From assembly GCF_046119375.1 (NCBI RefSeq), contig NW_027362765.1, positions 120,528,001 to 120,592,000 of the forward strand: a stretch of DNA of 64,000 nucleotides. The letters run 5' to 3'. This DNA comes from Phyllobates terribilis. Lineage: Eukaryota. Below are positions 21,601 through 30,600 of this stretch, in pieces. The notes beneath the pieces are model-generated. The model had not been told where the DNA came from. It searched no databases and saw only the letters and a list, made by a program, of their open reading frames with translations. The translations under genes were made by a program, and so were the position numbers. Each line of letters begins with the position of its first letter. Positions within the stretch are counted from its first letter, which is position 1.

Positions 21601-24600
21601 CCAGCCAAGGCTTGTGCCTTCCGCCAAGCGGTCTGCTCGCTTATTCAAGCTGGAGACATAGTACCGGTCCCCGCGGCCGAGCGCTTCCGAGGGTTCTACT
21701 CCAATTTATTCGTAGTCCCCAAGAAAGGAGGCGGCGTATGGCCCATACTGGACCTAAAACAGCTCAACAAATATGTACGGGTACGTCACTTCCGCATGGA
21801 GTCCCTTTGGTCCATCATTGCGTCCATGGAAAAGGGAGAATTTCTCGCCTCCATAGACATACAAGACGCATACCTGCATATACCAATTGCACACACCCAT
21901 CAGAGATTTCTCAGGTTCGCAATCGACCAGGACCACTACCAGTTCGTGGCTCTCCCGTTCGGACTCGCCACTGCTCCCAGAGTGTTTACCAAAGTCATGG
22001 CAGCCACCATGGACGTCCTGCACTCCAGAGGCATAGTAGTCGTTCCATACCTGGACGATCTCCTTATCAAGGCTCCCACCTTCAAGGACTGCGAGCTCAG
22101 CGTCTCAATCACAATCGACATTCTGAGTCACCTGGGCTGGTTAGTCAACCTACAAAAGTCATCACCAACCCCGAGTCAGTCTCTGACCTTCCTGGGAATG
22201 CTATTCAACACCTTCAGGGGTCTAGTGCTCCTTCCCAAGGACAAGGCACTGCCTCTCCGTCTAGGAGTTCGCACTCTCCTCAGCAAACCCCTTCGATCTC
22301 TCTGGTTTGCCATGAGAGTCCTCGGCAGGATGGTGGCGGCAATAGAAGCGGTCCCATTTGCCCAGCTTCACCACAGGCCTCTCCAACTAGCCATCCTCAA
22401 GTCATGGGACAGGAACCCTTTTTCTCTCAACAGGAAGTTCCAGCTGACGTAGTCACCCAGGAGGTCCCTGCACTGGTGGCTCAAGCCAACCTCACTAACA
22501 AAGGGGAAACCCTTTCTCACGGGTCAATGAAAGGTTCTGACCACCGACGTGAGCCTGACGGGTTGGGGTGCGGTACACCTACACCACAGAGCACAGGGAA
22601 AGTGGTCCCCAGCGGAAGCGACCATGCCCATCAACATCTTGGAAATTTGTGCCATCCTCCTGGCATTTAGAGCCTTCCATCACTTACTGGCAGCCTCTCA
22701 CATCAGAGTACAGTCGGACAATGCCACAGCTGTGGCATATGTGAATCACCAAGGGGGGACCCGCAGCGCCCAGGCGATGCGAGAAGTGACACACATTCTC
22801 CACTGGGCGGAAGACACAGGTTCGGTTCTCTCTGCGGTCCACATTCCGGGTGTGGACAACTGGGAAGCAGACTTCCTCAGCCGGAAAGGAATGGACTCGG
22901 GAGAGTGGTCTCTCCATCCCGAAGTTTTTCGACAGATCTGCAATCGCTGGGGGACTCCGGACGTAGACCTAATGGCATCTCACTTCAATGCCAAGGTCTC
23001 CAACTTCATAGCCAGAACTCATGACCCGCGGGCGCTAGGAGCGGACGCCCTGGTTCAGGACTGGACCCAGTTCCAGCTCTTGTACATTTTTCCACCTCTC
23101 CCCCTGATATCCAGAGTGGTGAGGAAGATCAAGCAAGAGGGAGTTCCAACCATCCTAATCGCACCGGACTGGCCCAGACGTACATGGTATGCCGACATCG
23201 TACAGCTCACAGCAGACGTCCCCTGGCGTCTCCCCAACCGCCCGGATCTTCTGTCACAACCACCAGAACTCAGGGGCCCTCAATTTGACGGCTTGGCCAT
23301 TGAGACCTGGGTTCTAACCCAGTCAGGGTTCTCACCGGACGTCATTGGAACCATGATCAGGGCACGGAAGCCAACCTCTGCTAAGATTTATTACCGTACC
23401 TGGAAAGCCTTCTTTACCTGGTGCGAATCTCGTGGCCAGACCCCATTCCCTTGTTCCCTCCCCAGGGTCTGGAGGCCAGACTGTCCCTGGCCTCCCTTAA
23501 CAGCCAGGTGTCGGCTCTCTCAGTGCTTTTTCAGAGGTGCATTGCTAACAAGCCGCAAGTAAGGACATTTCTTCAGGGGGTTTCCCGATTGGTTCCCCCC
23601 TACAGACGACCACTAGAAACGTGGGACCTCAACCTGGTGCTGACAGCATTGCGGGAAACACCCTTTGAACCCCTTAGGGAAGTCCCACTCCGCCTTCTAT
23701 CCCAGAAAGTGGTTTTCCCGGTGGCAATCACCTCGCTACGCAGGGTGTCTGAACTGACAGCACTCTCCTGCAGACGGCCCTTCCTGGCTTTTTACCAGGA
23801 CAAGGTAGTTCTCCGTACGGTCCCATCCTTCCTTCCGAAGGTTGTGTCCAACTTCCAACTCAATGAGGAAATTTCACTGCCATCCCGCTGTCCGGTCCCG
23901 GTTCATACAGTGGTGAAGGCTCTGCATACGCTTGACCTTGTCAGGGCATTGCGTATCTATGTGTCTAGGACTGCGCCCTTCCGGAAGTCTGATTCTCTTT
24001 TTCTTCTTCTGGAAGGCGGCCGCAAGGGTCTGCCTGCTTCCAAAGCTACCCTTGCCAGGTGGATCAAATCCACCATACAAGAGGCCTACCGCCTCAAAAA
24101 TTCTCCTCTTCCAGCAGGCATTACGGCACACTCTATACGTGCGGTAGGGGCCTCCTGGGCCATTCGGCACCAGGCTTCGGCACAACAAGTGTGTAAGGCA
24201 GCCACCTGGACTAGCCTACACACGTTTACCAAACACTACAGGGTTCATACCCAGTCCTCAGCAGATGCGAGCCTGGGTAGACGTGTTCTGCAGGCGGCGG
24301 TACCCCAATTGTAGGGGCCCGTCTACACAATATTCGTCCATTGCTTCCCACCCAGGGACTGCTTTGGGACGTCCCATGGTCCTATGTCCCCAATGAGGCG
24401 ACAGAGTAAAGGAGATTTTTGTGTACTCACCGTAAAATCTCTTTCTCTTAGCCTCTAATTGGGGGACACAGCTCCCACCCTGTCGCCCGTTCCGGGCTGT
24501 TATGTTGAGTTCTCATATTGGTTTGTTTTTTTTTGAGCTCGTACATAGTTGCCTTCTTATAGGCATGGTTATGTTATCCATGTTACTTTCCTCCTAATGC

Positions 24601-27600
24601 TTTTGCACAAAACTGGAGAAGGCTGATGCTGTCCAGGGGTGTATACTGCAGAGGAGGACCCACGGTTAATCTTTTTCAGATTATGCATAGTGTCGCCTCC
24701 TAGTGGACAGCAGCATAACACCCCATGGTCCTGTGTCCCCCAATTAGAGGCTAAGGCTATGTGCACACGATGCAGAAATGCTCAGTATTTTTTCCTGAGC
24801 GTTTCTGCATCTCCCTGGCAGAAAAAAACGCATGTGGATTGTACATGCGTTTTCCTGCCAGGGACATGCGGAAATGGAGCAGTTACCCACTGACATTTCC
24901 GCATGCGGATTGACAAGCGCTTTCCAAGCGATTAGCATCACTTGGAAAGTGCTTGTGACAACTAGGTCACACTATATAAATCCATGCAAACAGCATGGAT
25001 TTATATAGTGTGACCCGAGAGAGTGGTAAAAATAAAGAAATAAATGTATACTTACCCTCCGATGGCCCCCGGTGTCCCGCTCACTCCGTTCTCCCTTGCT
25101 GGCAACAGTGAATTGAAAGACCTGCCGACGTCAGCGTCACGTGACCCGTCACATGACTCTGACGTCAGCGCAGGTCCTTCAACTCACTGGAAAGTGCCGG
25201 CAACCAAGCAGGAGCGGTGCGCGGGCCGACAGAAGGTAAGTATACATTTATTTTTTATTTTATTCTTTTTTTACAGATTTTTTTAATGGTACCCGGGTCC
25301 GGAGGAGACTCTCCTCTCCTCTACACCCGGGTACCATCCGCACATTAGAACGCTTGGATTACACATCTACATATACAGTGATGCGTAATCCATGCGGTCA
25401 ATGGCGGCGAAGACGCAGCACTTCCGCAAAATAATTGGTAGTGCTGCGTTTTTTTCCGCAATGATAATCTGCAGCGGAAATTTCCGCAGCATGTGCACAG
25501 CACATGCGGATTATCATTGGGGAACATTGCTGCCCTTCTACCATGCGTTTTTAATGCGTTTCCGCAGCTGCAAAAACGCTGCGGAAACGCATTAAAAACG
25601 CATCGTGTGCACACAGCCTAAGAGAAAGAGATTTTACTGTGAGTACACAAAAATCTCCTTTTTTATTGATTTTTTTGGGAAGTTGTGACTACTTAGTGTT
25701 TATGGGTCATATTCATTTTTGTGTTTAAATTGCATTACTAGTCCTGAAAATTCTTTTTTCTAAACTTTCACAAAGAAGTGTAGACAGATGGTGGTGCCAT
25801 CGATAAAGCTGGCCGCGCTGTTGTATTGACCGCAAATATCGCCCATTTATACCCACGTAAAAGCTGACGGGACCAGGAGATTATCTATAGCAGTGATGGC
25901 GAACCTTTTAGAGACCAAGTGCCCAAACTGCAACCCAAAACCCACTTATTTATCACATAGTGCGAACACGGCCATTTAACCTGAATACTGAGGTTTTAGT
26001 TTAGAAAAACAACTGATACAGGGAGCGGGGAGAGGGGGCAGATAGCAGCCACAAACAGGAGCAGGGGTATGAGAAAGCAGATATAAAGGATATGCTCCCC
26101 ATTCCATCCTGGTATATGCTCCCTCCATCCTGGTATATGCTCCCTCCATCCTGGTATATGCTCCCTCCATCCTGGTATATATGTTGTTCCCCCATCCTTC
26201 TATATATGATGCTCCCCATCCTTGTGTGCATGTTGCTCCCCCCTCCTTTGTGTGCATGTTGCTCCCCCCTCCTTTGTGTGCATGTTGCTCCCCCTCCTTT
26301 GTGTGCATGTTGCTCCCCCCTCCTTTGTGTGCATGTTGCTCCCCCCTCCTTTGTGTGCATGTTGCCCCCCCTCCTTTGTGTGCATGTTGCTCCCCCCCTC
26401 CTTGTGTGCATGTTGCTCCCCCCTCTCCTTGTGTGCATGTTGCTCCCCCCCTCCTTGTGTGCATGCTGCTCCCCCCTCTCCTTGTGTGCATGTTGCCCCC
26501 CCTCCTTGTGTGCATGTTGCTCCCCCCCTCCTTGTGTGCATGTTGCCCCCCCCTCCTTGTGTGCATGTTGTTCCCCCCCTCCTTGTGTCCATGATGCTCC
26601 CCCCCTCCTTGTGTGCATGTTGCTCCCCCCCTCCTTTGTGTGCATGTTGCTCCCCCCCTCCTTTGTGTGCATGTTGCTCCCCCCTCCTTGTGTGCATGTT
26701 GTTCCCCCCCTCCTTGTGTGCATGTTGCTCCCCCCCTCCTTTGTGTGCATGTTGCTCCCCCCCTCCTTGTCTGCATGTTGCTCCCCCCCTCCTTGTGTGC
26801 ATGTTGCTCCCCCCTCCTTGTGTGCATGTTGCTCCCCCCCCCTCCTTGTGTGCATGTTGCTCCCCCCCTCCTTGTGTGCATGTTGCTCCCCCCCTCCTTG
26901 TGTGCATGTTGCTCCCCCCTCCTTTGTGTGCATGTTGCTCCCCCCTCCTTTGTGTGCATGTTGCTCCCCCCTCCTTTGTGTGCATGTTGCTCCCCCCTCC
27001 TTTGTGTGCATGTTGCCCCCCTCCTTTGTGTGCATGTTGCTCCCCCCCCTCCTTGTGTGCATGTTGCTCCCCCCCCTCCTTGTGTGCATGTTGCTCCCCC
27101 CCTCCTTGTGTGCATGTTGCTCCCCCCCTCCTTGTGTGCATGTTGCTCCCCCCCTCCTTGTGTGCATGTTGCTCCCCCCCTCCTTGTGTGCATGTTGCTC
27201 CCCCCCTCCTTGTGTGCATGTTGCTCCCCCCCTCCTTGTGTGCATGTTGCTCCCCCCCTCCTTGTGTGCATGTTGCTCCCCCCTCCTTGTGTGCATATTG
27301 CTCCCCCCCTCCTTGTGTGCATGTTGCTCCCCCCCTCCTTGTGTGCATGTTGCTCCCCCCCTCCTTGTGTGCATGTTGCCCCCCCTCCTTGTGTGCATGT
27401 TGCTCCCCCCCTCCTTGTGTGCATGTTGCTCCCCCCCTCCTTGTGTGCATGTTGCTCCCCCCCTCCTTGTGTGCATGTTGCTCCCCCCCTCCTTGTGTGC
27501 ATGTTGCTCCCCCCCTCCTTGTGTGCATGTTGCTCCCCCCCCTCCTTGTGTGCATGTTGCTCCCCCCCTCCTTGTGTGCATGTTGCTCCCCCCTCCTTGT

Positions 27601-30600
27601 GTGCATATTGCTCCCCCCCTCCTTGTGTGCATGTTGCTCCCCCCCTCCTTGTGTGCATGTTGCTCCCCCCCTCCTTGTGTGCATGTTGCCCCCCCTCCTT
27701 GTGTGCATGTTGCTCCCCCCCTCCTTTGTGTGCATGTTGCTCCCCCCCTCCTTGTGTGCATGTTGCCCCCCCTCCTTTGTGTGCATGTTGCTCCCCCCCT
27801 CCTTTGTGTGCATGTTGCTCCCCCCCTCCTTGTGTGCATGTTGCTCCCCCCCTCCTTGTGTGCATGTTGCTCCCCCCCTCCTTGTGTGCATGTTGCTCCC
27901 CCCCTCCTTGTGTGCATGTTGCTCCCCCCCCTCCTTGTGTGCATGTTGCCCCCCCCTCCTTGTGTGCATGTTGCTCCCCCCCTCCTTGTGTGCATGTTGC
28001 TCCCCCCCCCCTCCTTGGACTTTGTGGGGCCCATTATACTGTAGGGAGGCCTGTGTGGGGCCCATTATACTGTAGGGAGGCCTGTGTGGGGCCCATTATA
28101 TTGTAGGGAGGCCTGTGTGGGGCCCATTATACTGTAGGGAGGCCTGTGTGGGGCCCATTATACTGTAGGGAGGCCTGTGTGGGGCCCATTATACTGTAGG
28201 GAGGCCTGTGTGGGGCCCATTATACTGTAGGGAGGCCTGTGTGGGGCCCATTATACTGTAGGGAGGCCTGTGTGGGGCCCATTATACTGTAGGGAGGCCT
28301 GTGTGGGGCCCATTATACTGTAGGGAGGCCTGTGTGGGGCCCATTTTACGGTAGGGAGGCCTGTGTGGGGCCCATTGTACTGTATACTGATTGGCCCGCG
28401 ACTTTGTCCAAGTTTTTAATTTTAGCCCACTGTGTGTTTGAGTTTGACACCCCTGCTTTATAGTGTATAGGGGCCTCTTACTGACAGGTGAGATTTAGAA
28501 GAAAGAAGGATCAGGCTTGTGAAATTGCAACCCTTGAGGTATCTGGCAGCATTTTACTCACCTTTTCTCATTGACCAGGTGCCAAATGTGCATGTTTACA
28601 GAGAAGGGAGGCTGGGAAAGTGAGATATATGAGCACCATAACAGTGCCAATGTACCACAACACACCTATTGGCAGAGTGGCTCTGCAGAAGACAATGGAC
28701 ACTTTTTTGGCAATGAGTTGGGTGGTTTTCTTGGCCTAATGTGGCTACCATGGGGATTTAGAGTTCATTCCCTTTAAAAGATGATTTCATTATTTTTTTT
28801 TTTGTCGTTTATTAGGAAGAAGAGGAGGATGAGGACTGCATGTTCCGGTGGAGTTGCTCTTGTTGATGTGGTAAATGATTTCTTACAGAGTATTTTCATT
28901 AACATATTGTAAAGAGTCCAAAGTCTGAGCCTCAGACAATAATTGTTCTAATTCTCATGTCTTTTTCCAATTCAAGGATAAAACCTATATTGATTTCCAT
29001 AGTAAATTATGGAGATGAGACGTTACTTATTTCCTCTGAAAAACCCTGAACTATGCTCCCCGCATTACTTCTAAGTGGAGGCCGGAAAGAGTTACATCCA
29101 TTGGTTATTGACCCGACGGCCAACACTGACTGTAGGGTATCTGGATGCCCCATTTCGACAATCCCTGTTTATTACCGGTCCCCTGACTAACAGCTCATTA
29201 CACGGTGTCCTGCTGTCAGGAGCCCCAGAGATCAGCTATGATCAGAGGAGGAATGTGTCTAAATTCTGTCGTCGTCGTCACCGCCCCCCCCCCCCTCCAC
29301 AGGAGAAATGAAAAATTGCTCCGTTCCCATTGACTTCAATGCGTTGGTCTATGTAATGCATGGGAGTGTGAGACGCTCTGTGTAGCTGTTTTCATAGATG
29401 AGGATCCTGAACAGGGACTCTGTCTGTATAAACTCCAAATTCGTTAATAGCCTATGGTGTCTATAACTTTTATTTTAGGGTAGTGAAATTTGTGAATTGA
29501 TCCTTTTTCTTTCTCTCTGTATCTTATAGACATTGCTCCGTCAGACTCAACTACGATCACTCAGCAAGTCTGATACCAAACTGCATGAAATCAAGAGGCC
29601 ACGGCCCGAAGACTTTCGTAAGTCACAGTCTTCCTCTGTAAAGAGCTCGGCTAACATTTTTTTATTTGATAGAAAACTCCGCTTAAGTTCTAGCATCAAG
29701 CAGTTAAACTCTTTTGGATAGTTACATATAGAATTAGTCTATGCAAACAGGAGAGTCGCTGTATAAATACATTACATTACTTATCCTGTATTATACCCCA
29801 GAGATGCACTTACTTCACTGCTGGTGGAGTCACTGTGTCCATACATTACATTACTTATCCTGTACTGATCCTGAGTTACATCCTGTATTATACTCCAGAG
29901 CTGCACTCACTATTCTGCTGGTGGAGTCACTGTGTACATACATTACATTACTTATCCTGTACTGATCCTGAGTTATATCTTGTATTATACTCCAGAGCTG
30001 CACTCACTATTCTGCTAGTGGAGTCACTGTGTACATACATTACTTATCCTGTACTGATCCTGTATTATACTCCAGAGCTGCACTCATTATTCTGCTGATG
30101 CAGTCACTGTGTACATACATTACATTACTTATACTGTACTGATCCTGAGTTACATCCTGTATTATACTCCAGAGCTGCACTCACTATTCTGCTGGTGGAG
30201 TCACTCTGTACATACATTACATTACTTATCCTGTACTGATCCTGAGTTATATCCTGTATTATACTCCAGAGCTGTACTCACTATTCTGCTGGTGATATCA
30301 CTGTGTACATACATTACATTACTTATCCTGTACTGATCCTGAGTTACATCCTGTATTATACTCCAGAGCTGCACTCACTATTCTGCTGGTGCAGTCACTG
30401 TGTACATACATACATTACATTACTTATCCTGTACTGATCCTGAGTTACATCCTGTATTATACTCCAGAGCTGCACTCACTATTCTGCTAGTGGAGTCACT
30501 GTGTACATACATTACTTATCCTGTACTGATCCTGTATTATACTCCAGAGCTGCACTCACTGTTCTGCTGGTGCAGTCACTGTGTACATACATTACATTTC

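Larger units (their letters stand above)
18645..25661 (+). mobile_element. Full-length DIRS1-type tyrosine-recombinase retrotransposon (defective pol), with a nested MITE
   Basis: Inverted terminal repeats (about 18662-18795 vs 24609-24741); internal complementary region at about 24372-24471 complementary to both outer ends; gag, RT/RNase H/MT and YR ORFs; no TSD. Confidence 0.96.
25891..28455. mobile_element. hAT-type non-autonomous element expanded by internal minisatellites
   Basis: Ends cagtgatggcgaacct / gagtttgacacccctg (hAT-like, imperfect); flanks atctatag / ctttatag resemble a decayed 8-bp TSD. Confidence 0.6.

Noticed and set aside
25976-28106. Six overlapping ORFs of 500-680 aa on both strands
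   Set aside because: They are translations of a stop-free 25-27 bp minisatellite, with no domain content or splice context.
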